This document shows positions 37,820 to 48,700 of a stretch of 64,000 nucleotides of DNA, piece by piece. Below the pieces are notes generated by a model. It was not told where the DNA came from and did no database searches. It worked only from the letters and a program-made list of their open reading frames with translations. This stretch comes from Azolla caroliniana. Taxonomy: Eukaryota > Plantae > Polypodiophyta. Positions within the stretch are counted from its first letter, which is position 1; the number at the start of each line of letters is the position of its first letter. The translations under genes were made by a program, and so were the position numbers. Location: the NCBI GenBank assembly GCA_043228905.1, contig JBHGNT010000007.1, forward strand, positions 12,090,001 through 12,154,000, given 5' to 3'.

Positions 37820-38688
37820 GAAATCATATGGATGAAGGAGTTTATCGGTGAGTTGGGAATTTGGCAGGAATAATTCTGCCTCTTTTGCGATAATTAGAGT
37901 GACATCCACCTTGCGAAAAATGCTACCTAGCACTCTAAGACAAAGCACATCCATTGGAGGTATCATTGGCTTCGGGAGAGGGTAGAAGAGAGGGATTTTT
38001 CTCTAGTAAAGGTGCATACAACGGAGAACAGTGTCGTGATGGATTCCGGCTACAAGGAGAAAGGGGCCCGGATATACGTGAAGGGGGGTGTGCAAGGAAG
38101 GATGCACACGGAAATGTACAAGAACATACATAGGAAGCCTCTGCTCGCGTAGGAAGCCTGTGAGCTCTCGACCAGAGGTTCATCATCCTGAGTTTCTATG
38201 TGTGCGTCTTAAAAGAGCGCATAGCTCTTATATAGGCCAGGTCCGGTTGTATTCCTCTTTGCATAATCTATTACATTTCATTGTATCTGATTGCTCTCTC
38301 TGTGTTGTGTACGCATCTCCATTGTGTCTCTATCTATTGCCCGCATTTACACGAGTACCGAGCCTGTTATCCAACGACCGGTTCGGAACAAAACACATAT
38401 CTGATCTTGTTGTTACCCGTATATGTGTACAGGAGGGTTAAGGTGTAATGCGTATGGTGTGTAATGTGTGTAATGTGTGATATGAATGAGTGTATGAGGG
38501 TGAGTATGTGTATTAACACATGCACATTTGTGTGCATGTGTACAAAGGTGAGAAAGTGGGTAAGTAATGTAACTCCCTACTTGTCTCATTTTTTATTTAT
38601 AACGGTTACCTCTTGTACTATATAAACCCCACCCACGGGGTATAATGTAACATAGCTTTTTCCCCTCACATTTTTGTGTCATTTCTTA

Positions 38689-38734
<46 letters not shown>

Positions 38735-38974
38735 TAACCCCCTTGGGAGGGGGGTGAAGTCATTCTAGGCTTCACCCCCCACCCATTAACGTTGGCACGC
38801 CCGAACGGCTGACCCTCCCTTGAGAAGAAGTCACTCTCTCCCTCCCTCAATCTCCCTCTCCATCACTAATGTTTATCTCTTCCCTATGTGTATGTTAATG
38901 TTTGTGTTAGAGAACCATGGCATAATGTAACATAGCTTTTTCCCCTCTCATTTTTGTGTCATTTCTTATTTTCA

Positions 38975-39024
<50 letters not shown>

Positions 39025-39092
39025 GTAACCCCCTTGGGAGGGGGGTGAAGTCATTCTAGGCTTCACCCCCCCGCCCAGTAACACTGGCACGC

Positions 39093-39864
39093 TGTCGTAG
39101 TGTATTTCGTACACTACGTGAAAATAATATAAAATAACCGATTGAATCAATATGAAGAAAAAAAGAAGAAGAAAATATCAAAATAAGCATTACATGCATA
39201 GGGCAAGATTCAAACCTTGCACCTCCATGTTAATAATGTAATGTCTTACCATTGCACTAGCATTTCATTGGTGTTAAAAAGTAGATGTCTCACATAGAAA
39301 GGTTAGTTCACCTAGGATAAACTTTAGTAAAAAGAAAACGCATGCTAAAAGAAAAAAACCTACGCATGCATATCTAGCGTGCACGAACGCTATAGTTGAT
39401 AAAAAACACACAAGTTAGAAAAAGCATGATCACTTTAGATAAAGCATATAGTCTATATATAGGAAAAAGCATGGAGTCTTTAGTTAGAGAAGAAAAAACA
39501 TGGATTGCTAAGACTCCCTCATCACTACATAAGGATGGGGAGCACAATGTAATGGGGGGAGTGTGTGAAATCTTTTGGAAATTTGATATATTTCTAAAAA
39601 ACACCAATCAATAAACTATGTTCGTGGGATTCACGAAGGTTTCTATATCTCTCACTTCCAATCTATGATAAATTGTAATTAGGATTCTAAATATTAATAA
39701 ATCTAATAATCTATACTTGTGGGATTCACAAGTTTCTATCTCTCTTTCTTATAATCTATTCATATTCATAACTAGATTAACCTCAAATTCTTCTTCCTCC
39801 TAGTCCAAAACCCCAACGTTTCCCACCCGACTCACGCAACGATCTGGCGCCGAAAGGCACGACA
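39093..39864 (+). mobile_element. Solo LTR inserted in the PBS of element C
   Basis: TGTCGT...ACGACA termini. 4-bp TSD ACGC/ATGC. Removing it restores TGGCACGCCCGAACGGCTGA. Confidence 0.85.
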
Positions 39865-40343
39865 ATGCCCGAACGGCTGACCCTCCCTTGACTAGAAGTC
39901 ACACTCTCCCTCACTCACTCTCCCTCTCCATCACTAATGTCTATCTCTTCCCTGTGTGTATGTTAATGTTTATGATAGAAAATTTGGCTTTGGGCTTAGA
40001 TTCTCTCAACGGTGATGTCTTTTTATGAAAGGATCTTGGCATCGAGCTTCTCATGGGATCTCGTCATGCCTCTTCTACAATCATGTACTCGTCTCTGGAT
40101 ATGGTGGCATCCATAGCAGCTTCTACACACAGTTCCAGATCCATGGCTCTGCAATCAGCCAAGCCCCCAAGGAAACTCAGATCACAACACCTACAATGCA
40201 CCCAAACCTGGTTCAGATCAGAACCATACAATTTCTGTTGAGCAGAAGCGGAAGCATCATCAGGTTCAGATTCTGTCCCCTTCTTTCTTCATCATCAAAC
40301 CCTTGTACAACAAAGGAAGGGAACACACAAACAGGCCCAGACC

Positions 40344-40636
40344 ATGGTGACGGAAAAGGCCATGATCATAACCATTGAGATCATGCCCAATGGCTCCATG
40401 AGCTTCTCTTTTAGGGTCAGTGCAGGCTCGCGGACTTCTTGCACTTCATCAATCGCAAGTATGTGAAGCTAGGGTACCACTACCTCATCAGCCTTGAGTG
40501 CTTCTACCTCTTCACAATCCTTGTGTTGTTGGTCGCCTTGAGAGCGCAGATCGAGACCCTGTCCAACCAGGAGCTCTGGATCCAGCCATGGAAAAACCTA
40601 GAGGTGAGATTTTTCGGGATCGTGGCCTGCTCGGGG
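40344..40636 (+). pseudogene. KCS: Captured 3-ketoacyl-CoA synthase (FIDDLEHEAD/KCS10-like) N-terminal fragment
   Basis: M...PNGSMSFSFRV, then after a frameshift [23 protein letters not shown]...YLFTILVLLVALRAQI. The KCS signature is [22 protein letters not shown]. Confidence 0.9.
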
Positions 40637-41171
40637 CCGAATGAAAAATGAGGGACGTTTGATTTCAAGAAAGCTAAAGCCATGGAGGATTGGGGATTCT
40701 TCTGCATCGGAGTCTGTTGTTTTCTACTCTACTTCCTATTCCCCCTCTGTCATTCCTCGCTTCCTCTGATCCCTGTTTTTAGACTGTGTGCACGTGCGTG
40801 CACATAGAGAGAAACAGAAAGTAGGGGCTTGTCCACATCCCTCGCCGTCCATGGCGGAAGAGAAGTGCCACGAGATGATTTAGAGGACTCTGAAGACGAC
40901 GTAGACGTCGAAGTCAGCTCTAGCTATGACGGAGGCCGCAGTGAAGACTATGACGTTGCCATCAATCCCCCCTACTCTCATGACGAGGTTGAAGGGGGTG
41001 GAGAAATTGATGTGGAAGGTGAATGTGAAAGAGTCAGAAGAGAACTTGAGCGAGAGGAAAGTGAAGCAGAGAGAGAGACGAGAGTGATGTAGAGCATGGA
41101 CATGGCGAGGAGTCCCTGTCTCTAAGAGTGATGAGCAACATGGCAACGAGGATGAACGTACCTCGAGTCTC

Positions 41172-41264
41172 AACATTCCTGACGACGACCCCGGAATCCA
41201 GCGAATCATTGCTGATCATGAGGGTGATAATTTTGGTGACACTGCAGGGATGGGCTCAGATCTT
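41172..41264 (+). pseudogene. Captured H+-translocating pyrophosphatase fragment
   Basis: NIPDDDP(GIQR)IIADHEGDNFGDTAGMGSDL versus conserved [31 protein letters not shown]. RNPA is recoverable in the shifted frame (CGG AAT CCA GCG). Confidence 0.88.
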
Positions 41265-42212
41265 TACCCTACACTATCTCCATGACAATGACCTTCTTCA
41301 AGTTGCTCTGCTACTTCTCCCAATACTGCTACTATATCAGAATGGCCCTTGTATGCGAATTGAGGATCCCCTGAGGTAGAGAAGGAAGGATCAGTTGCTT
41401 GGTTCCTCCCTTCCCTCTTGATGAAGAGATCAGCGTTGCCGCCGCCGCCGCATGAGTATAAATACTGATCTAATAATAAGCTCACAATAAGAGGATCAAG
41501 TACGGAAGAATCAGCAAAGATGTAGCACATGCAATCAAGGTAGTATTGCGACAACGGGGTTGTACAACAATGGACAAGCAATATAACCTGGTTGAAGAGG
41601 AGAAGAGCGATAGATCGATCAATTCGAAGGCTACGATTCTCAGAAGAATATGGAAGGAGAAATTTGAAGAAAGAAGAGAAGAGGGAGACAACGCAAATAA
41701 GAAGTGAAGTAGAGGCAAACGAAGAAGAAGAATGTGAGCAACAAGAGGTGAGAAGAAGAGAGGATACAGACAGAAACGAAGAAGATACAAACAGAAATGA
41801 AGAGGAAAGAAAAAACGAAACAACAAAAGAAGCGCATGACACTAAAAATGACAAGGGCATTGTGTAGGATTTCAAAAGTTCAAGAGCATGCGACATAATT
41901 TCAAAAACTAAAGGGTAGACGAGGAAATTTCGAAAACGCAAGGGCAGAAAATAAAATTTTAAAAAACCTGAGGGGTACAACGTAAAATTTCGGAAACACA
42001 AGGGTACAGAAACTCATCACTACTCACACTAAGGAAGAAAAACATATATAAACCCTAAACCCTTAACCCTAAACTCCCTACTTGTTTCATTCTTTATTTG
42101 TAACGGTTACCTCTTGTTCTATATAAACCCCACCCATGGGGCATAATGTAATATAGCTTTTTCCCCTCTCATTTTTGTGTCATTTCTTATTTTCACTCTC
42201 TTTCTCTCTCTC

Positions 42213-44390
42213 TTGCTAACTCTAATCTTCAATCGTGCCCTTGCGGAGGGTTTTCCACCACAATGGACTATGAATACAGTGACCCCCATACATAAAGGGG
42301 GGGACCCCATGGACCCAAATACATATAGGACCATTATGATAGGCCATACCTTTGCTAAGTTATATGGTGCAGTAATGGAAGCAGAGCTTAGCGACTACAT
42401 GGAGACCCTAAACCTTCGTGCACCTGAACAAGCTGGCTTTAGACGAGCCTTCTCCACTGTTGATCACATCTTCACACTTAGATGCCTAATTGACCAAACT
42501 AGGGCTCGCAAGAAGAGATTATATTGTTGTTTTGTGGACTTCCGCAAAGCCTTTGACACAGTCCCTAGAGATCGGTTGTCTGATAGACTTAAAAGCTTGA
42601 GGATACCAGATGATATGGTATGGGCCATCTACGCACTATATGAACAAGTGTCCGGGTGTGTCCGATGCCCAGGTGGCCTATCCAATCGTTTCACTAGCAC
42701 TATTGGTGTAAAACAAGGTTGCCCCCTATCACCGACGCTTTTTGGGATTTACATTGATGAGATCACAGATTTTATTGCTCGTGAGGGAGGCACCGGAGTG
42801 GTCCTTGGGGATACGCAGGTTCGTATCTTGCTCTATGCGGATGACATAGTTTTGCTCTCTGAATCCGAACACGACCTACAGAGGCACCTCAATGCCTTAG
42901 ATGACTTTTGTGTACAACGAGGATTGGTAGTGAATCTAGGGAAAACGAAAGTCCTTATCTTCCACACATCGGCCCAAGTTAGAGCTAAGTGTCACCTAAC
43001 TATCTCCCATAGCCCAGTCGAGGTGGTTGGATCGTACGTATATCTCGGAGTCACTTTTAGTGCCCGCTCAGGTAAATTTTCGATGACACAGGCAGCGAAG
43101 GATAGACTCACGAGAGGACATGCATCCCTCTCACTCCTAGAGAGACAATGCCACCAAGCACACTTTCAAGAGCCACGGACTAAAGGGTGGCTCTTTGACT
43201 CATTAGTGACCCCCTCCCTCATGTATGCATCTGCGGTTTGGGCTCCAGGATTACCATCCGTCATGTGGACGCAATTAGAGAGACCATTGGTGATGATGCT
43301 ATCACGCCAACTCCGAAGCAAATCGACTGTACCACATGACATTATTAGGGCCGAGTTCACGTTACCCCCAATGCTAGTAGAGGCACTTTTTCAACTTGTA
43401 GTCTTTATTGATAGGATACATAGCCAACCACATGATAGAATATCTCATCAAGCCTTTAAGGCCTCTCGATCATTGTATGAGTCCGGCTATACTAGCTCAT
43501 GGTATGGCATGATGGTGACTTGGCTTCTTGCGAATGGTCTAGACATTAATAACCTACCTCCCCTTAGGTACAACCACACGAGTGATAACACCTTAATCTC
43601 TCATGAGAACCGCAATAAAGTAATACGCCAAGAAATATGGCAAATTTACACTCGGTGTAAATGGATCACCCCACTAGAGCCACTCCCATCTAAAATGTCG
43701 TACTATAAGAAACACTTCATGCACTTCTCTGAGTTAGGTTTTATCACACGGCCAAAATATCTAGATGTATTCTTACCACATGCACTAAGGGTTGCCATAG
43801 GACAACTTAGAATATCATCTCACCAACTTGAGATTGAAAATGGCCGTACTAGTGGAGTCCCTAGGGAGGAAAGGATATGTAGGTTATGTCACATAGAGAT
43901 AGAGGATGAGTACCACTTTACTTGCAAGTGTCCAACCTATGCCGAGATAAGGGCACAATACCAAGACATACTTGGTCCGTCTCCCACCCTCCCCAAACTA
44001 TTAGATACTCTAGATATAAAGAAATTAGGCAAATACATTCTAGCGCTAAAACAACACAGAGAGAATAAATTACAAAATGTTGACAATAATGCTGCTAATG
44101 ATCACGAACATGTAACAAATGCAGTTTTTCAGGAACCTGAGGAGACAACGAATGCCGACACACTTGCACCACTCGGCCTTTCCATTGATGAGGCAGAAAA
44201 CCAGAGAAGAACCAGACGTCCTCGGGTGCCGGGTTTCAAAACAACTCAACGTGATGTGGACGCAATATTGAAAATAAGGGAACGTGAGCTACACCGCCTA
44301 GAAGCCATGGCTAGGGCACTCTCTACATTGGAACCCACATCAAGACCCTTTGACCCCCCACTTCTTTTCGAGAGGCTTGGGTGGAAATAA
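42213..44390 (+). CDS. LINE ORF2 remnant: RT and C-terminal Cys/His domain, no endonuclease
   Basis: Open for ~725 codons. QAGFRR, FVDFRKAFD, GVKQGCPLSPTLF, LLYADD, YVYLG, ICRLC...EDEYHFTCKC. Confidence 0.88.
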   Translation: MLTLIFNRALAEGFPPQWTMNTVTPIHKGGDPMDPNTYRTIMIGHTFAKLYGAVMEAELSDYMETLNLRAPEQAGFRRAFSTVDHIFTLRCLIDQTRARKKRLYCCFVDFRKAFDTVPRDRLSDRLKSLRIPDDMVWAIYALYEQVSGCVRCPGGLSNRFTSTIGVKQGCPLSPTLFGIYIDEITDFIAREGGTGVVLGDTQVRILLYADDIVLLSESEHDLQRHLNALDDFCVQRGLVVNLGKTKVLIFHTSAQVRAKCHLTISHSPVEVVGSYVYLGVTFSARSGKFSMTQAAKDRLTRGHASLSLLERQCHQAHFQEPRTKGWLFDSLVTPSLMYASAVWAPGLPSVMWTQLERPLVMMLSRQLRSKSTVPHDIIRAEFTLPPMLVEALFQLVVFIDRIHSQPHDRISHQAFKASRSLYESGYTSSWYGMMVTWLLANGLDINNLPPLRYNHTSDNTLISHENRNKVIRQEIWQIYTRCKWITPLEPLPSKMSYYKKHFMHFSELGFITRPKYLDVFLPHALRVAIGQLRISSHQLEIENGRTSGVPREERICRLCHIEIEDEYHFTCKCPTYAEIRAQYQDILGPSPTLPKLLDTLDIKKLGKYILALKQHRENKLQNVDNNAANDHEHVTNAVFQEPEETTNADTLAPLGLSIDEAENQRRTRRPRVPGFKTTQRDVDAILKIRERELHRLEAMARALSTLEPTSRPFDPPLLFERLGWK

Positions 44391-44587
44391 AATTAGGCTT
44401 AGTGTATAGTCACTTTCGAGTATACTACATATTGTACACTACTAGAACTCTTTTAGTTTAAGTTCTATTTTTTTTACTTAATTTTATTTTTAGTTATGAT
44501 GACTGGATAAATACTCTATTGTTGTAAACCAATTGTCTCATGGGCCAAATTTGGCCTTAGAAGACGTTAATACACCTTTCTTTCCTT

Positions 44588-44592
<5 letters not shown>
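42213..44592 (+). mobile_element. 5'-truncated RTEX/RTE-like LINE with an uninterrupted RT ORF
   Basis: Inserted in the (CT)n tract of the element C 3' LTR. 3' stem-loop and (CTTT)-type tail. Confidence 0.93.
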
Positions 44593-44627
<35 letters not shown>

Positions 44628-45287
44628 GTAACCCCCTTGGGAGGGTGGTGAAGCCATTCTAGGCTTCAACCCCCACCCATTAACACCTACGCGCTCACTG
44701 TCTGGCGTCCGGGAACCGATCCGGACCGGGTACGTGACCATTAACCGATCCAGCGAATATATCCGGAAGACCTTCCTACTCCCGTCGGCTCCTTAGTCCG
44801 AGACCCCCGTCGTCCCACCCCGTCGACACATCCACGCGGAATACCATGACATCTTTGGTGAACCCAACATGAAAAGGGCGGCAAAGGAGTTCGAAACTGA
44901 GGGGAAGTGAAATTGAAAAAGCAATGGCGATGGCAATCGACCGCCTGGTGAACGCTTGTGAGGGCACGAGAGCCCTCGACAGGGCCATCGAAGCGATAGT
45001 CGGCACGATCGATCGGTTCAATTACAAAGACGCGACAAGCTACCTAGACGCCTACCGGGCCGAAATGATGATGAGGGATATTCCGGAGGACAGATGGCTG
45101 GCCGGATTCCCTCAAGTGGTTACGTAGAGCATCTATGCCGAGGTGCTGGAGGTGTGTCAGGAACAGAACTAAGACAGAGAAGTATTGTTAGGAAAATACT
45201 AAGACAGAGAAGGAATTAGTACTAAAAGATGAGGATTAGTACTAAGGGAGGTGCAGAACTCTCGAGAGAAGGAAAGAGTGAGTGAGT

Positions 45288-45331
<44 letters not shown>

Positions 45332-45759
45332 TGATGACAAAAGATATATATTATGTTAAGAGAATATACAATAGTAGCTAGGAGGCTTAAGACTGGTGTT
45401 GAAACGATTTGGTGTGAAATAATGGCTTGTGCCTCCTTTTATAGTGTTCTCAGGAGTACTCTAGGGTAACTCTGGGGTAACTCTGGGGTCTCAAATACAC
45501 ATCACCGACGGTGACAACCCATATAAGCATAAAATGGTGGAACCTTTGTCGATGAGTGGAGAGAGTTATTATATGCAAATATGGCGAACTGGAGAATATC
45601 CCCCCAGGCATCTTGATGATAGCTTAGAAAACACCGAAGATACTGCTCCAACGTCTTATTAGTTTGTTCTACTTGGCCGTCTGTTCATGGGTGGTAGCCA
45701 GAGGAGAGGTTACACGTGACCTTGAGCATTTTAAAGAGGTGCTTGCAGAATTTCGAGAC

Positions 45760-48700
45760 TGTTGAGAGACAAGCTCAATATCGGCCGGATCGACTGAAGA
45801 AGCTGAGGACCGGATCGGTTGGGACCGATCGGTTAGGCCGAGTGCGTAAACTAGGAGGCCGTTAGGAAAGATATTCCGTGAGGAATATATTTGGGAGTTA
45901 GTGTAGGAGATCTTAATGAGTATAGAAGTATTGTCAGTACTTCGGTCAGTCCTTCTAGGACTTGTATAAAAGTGTTCATTGAACACACATATGTACAGTG
46001 TGGTGAATAGAGTGTTGAATATAGTTCTTGTGTTTTTCCTCACTCTCACTCTCTTTGTCTCTCCCGCGTATATTGCGTAAAGCTCAAGCTCTCCATTAAA
46101 CCTGAGTGTTCTTCCTTCTGTTCAGTCTTCATACTTGCATCCGCACGCTACTTTCTACTTGGTATCAGAGCGCGAGGGTTCAGAACCTCTCTGCAGCCGA
46201 CACAGCTTGACGAAGAAGAACAAGAAGAACGATGGATAAAGGCATGGCGAGCTCGCTTCCAACAGAGAAGCTCGACAGAACCAACTACGCGTCTTGGTCC
46301 TACAAGATGCACCAGTACCTGCTCGGGCACGGCTACTGGAGTTATGTCGAAGGAGCTAATGACGCGGCACCCGAATCGACACATAGAGACTTCCCGTCGT
46401 GGGAGCAATCGGCGAGCAGGGTATTATACTACTTCGCGTCGTGTGTGGGCGAACAACTATTGAGCTATGTTAGGGATGCAAAGACACCGAAGGGTGCGTG
46501 GGAAAATCTGAAGAAGATTTTCGTCGCGAGCACCACAGCCAGGAAGCTTCAGCTCCGACAAGAGTTGAGCAACCTACGACAACACAACTTGTCGGTGGCG
46601 GACTATACCTCGAAGATCAAGGATATTTGCAACTCCCTCGCCTCCATAGAGGTGAACATCAAGGAGAGCGAGATGGTCCAGATCTGTCTCGGAGGTTTGG
46701 CGTCGAAGTTCGGAGCGTTCCGAACGGCTATGTGTACCCGGGAGAATACGCCGTCCTTTTTCGACTTACAGTCAATGCTCCTGGTAGAGGAGAACCACGC
46801 GGGTGTGTCTACAAGCACGCATACCAACAACAGAATGTTGTACACGGAGGGAATTAGGCCCCGTGGACATGGAGGACGAGGCGAGTCGGCGCGCAATGGA
46901 GGCGGCCGACGAGATCAAGGAAGAAGGCACCGAAGTGATGCCGACAACAACTCCGGACCCTCCAGAAACAGGGGGAGTCGAAGCGGAGTGCTGGTACTGT
47001 GGCATTGAAAGGCCACAGGGAAAGTGAGTGTTGGAAGAAGCGCGCAGATTCGGAGAGAACCGGTTCTGGAAACGGCTCCGGACATACCGACAAGGGAAAT
47101 CGGCAGCGATCGCACTACGCCGAAGACTCTGGGAGAGCCGGAGAAGGGTCTGCCTTCGTGACGAGACACGAAGCAAACTCAATGAAGCAGACCACCCCGA
47201 GATCGAACGAGGTGTGGTACGTAGACTCCGGCGCGTCAAACCACAGGACGAGCCATAAGGAGTGGTTCTCGTACCTTGAAAAACCGATACAACCTGGAGT
47301 AGTCGCAACAGGAGATGACACTCGGCATCCGATCGCGAATGTCGGAGAAGTTCCCCTTAGCCATGTTGGGCAGAAAGGGAAACTCATGAACGTGTTGCAC
47401 GTTCTGACAATCACGAAGAACTTGGTCTCGGTCGGACAGATCGTCGACCAAGGGATGGAGGTTCGGTTTACACACCTTGGGTGATTCATTGAGGAAGAAG
47501 GCCGTGTGATTGTGCAAGGGCGCAGAGACGGGAGGATGTTCATCCTCGACTCCGCTGACGGCGGCACCGCAATGTTCCCGAAGGGACAAAAATCCGAGTC
47601 GGACATCGACTTGTGGCACAAGCGGATAGGCCACGTCAACTACCAGCGGCTTCAAGATCTGCAAACGAAATAGGTAGTGTTCGGATTGCCCAAATTTAGT
47701 GGCCGAAAGGCACAAATTTGTGAAGCCTGCCAGCTCGGGAAGCAACACCGACTTCCCTTCCCCAACGAGCGAAACCAGAGCCGGAACAAGCTCGACCTTA
47801 TACACTCCAATGTATGGGGGCCGGCACAAAACGTTAGTCTTGGCGGGAGCCGATATATCTTGTCTCCTTCATTGACGACCACACGCGGCACACGTGGATC
47901 TACCTCATTGAGAGGAAGAGCGAAGTCTCCGATTGTTTTCGGAACCTCAAAGGGTTCGTGGAAACGGAAACGGGACGAAAGATCAAGTCCCTGCGGTCGG
48001 ATGGCGGGAAAGAGTACTTTTCCGGTCAATTCAACGGTTACCTACAACAAATGGGAATTCGCCGCGAATTCAGTTGGAGATACACGCCAGAGCAGAACGG
48101 CGTGGCCGAGAGGAAGAATCGGTCAGTTGTGGAAGCGGCACGGGCAATGCTGGAGGAGAAGAGCTTCCCCAAGTTCTACTGGGCCGAGGCGGTAAGGACC
48201 GCGGTATACATCCAGAACCGGATCGGAGACAAAGTGTCGGCGCACGAGCTATATTTGGAACGAAGCCGAACTTGCGACACTTGAGGGTGTTCGGTAGCAT
48301 TGCGTATGTGCATGTACCGAAGGAGAAAAGGAGGAAGTTGGACGCAAAGGCCGAGAAATGCATCTTGGTCGGTTACTCGGACGAGCAGAAGGGTTATAAG
48401 TGCTATAACTCTCGCACCAAACAAGCGCGTGTTAGCCGCGACGTTGTGGTTGACGAGTCCGCGTCCTGGTACCAGCCCCCGACTCCAATCCGTGTTCTGA
48501 CGATGAGGTCAGCGAGGCCGAGATGCCTCCGGATGAGCCCAAAATCGAGACCCGCGAAGAGAGTCCGATTTCACTCCGCTTAAGTGGACCGATTGGACGA
48601 CTGAGTCGGTACGATCAGTCCGATGAAGATCCGGCGAGTAGTGGAGACTCCGTCGTGCATTCCCCGCAGGAAGCCGAGGAGACGGCTTACGCGCAAAGAG

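Larger units (their letters stand above)
22316..37960 (+). mobile_element. pol: Second Tork/Tnt1-like Copia in three pieces (22316-23496, 30912-32142, 37820-37960)
   Basis: LWHMRLCH, NGLAERMNR, LLLYVDDM, VPYALAVGSLM, GYTDSD, SKTKHI. The frame FPDEE is restored across the Gypsy insertion. Confidence 0.88.
38411..44685 (+). mobile_element. Non-autonomous LTR element C (same family as A and B), rearranged
   Basis: LTR 38411-38791, PBS TTGGCACGCCCG at 38792. Duplicated LTR right half plus PBS at 38915-39092. The 3' LTR (~42073-44685) lacks its left part and holds a LINE. Shares internal blocks with B. Flanks CTTGT/CCTAC do not match. Confidence 0.85.

Noticed and set aside
40344-41264. Functional host KCS or H+-PPase genes
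   Set aside because: Short, frameshifted fragments inside an LTR element.
41264-42001. 245-aa hydrophobic ORF (env-like?)
   Set aside because: It is the antisense of a GAA-rich tract, so the hydrophobicity is compositional.
45599-45606. PPT for the minus-strand chromovirus
   Set aside because: The C-run lies within integrase coding sequence (AWGDIL) and is not next to an LTR end.
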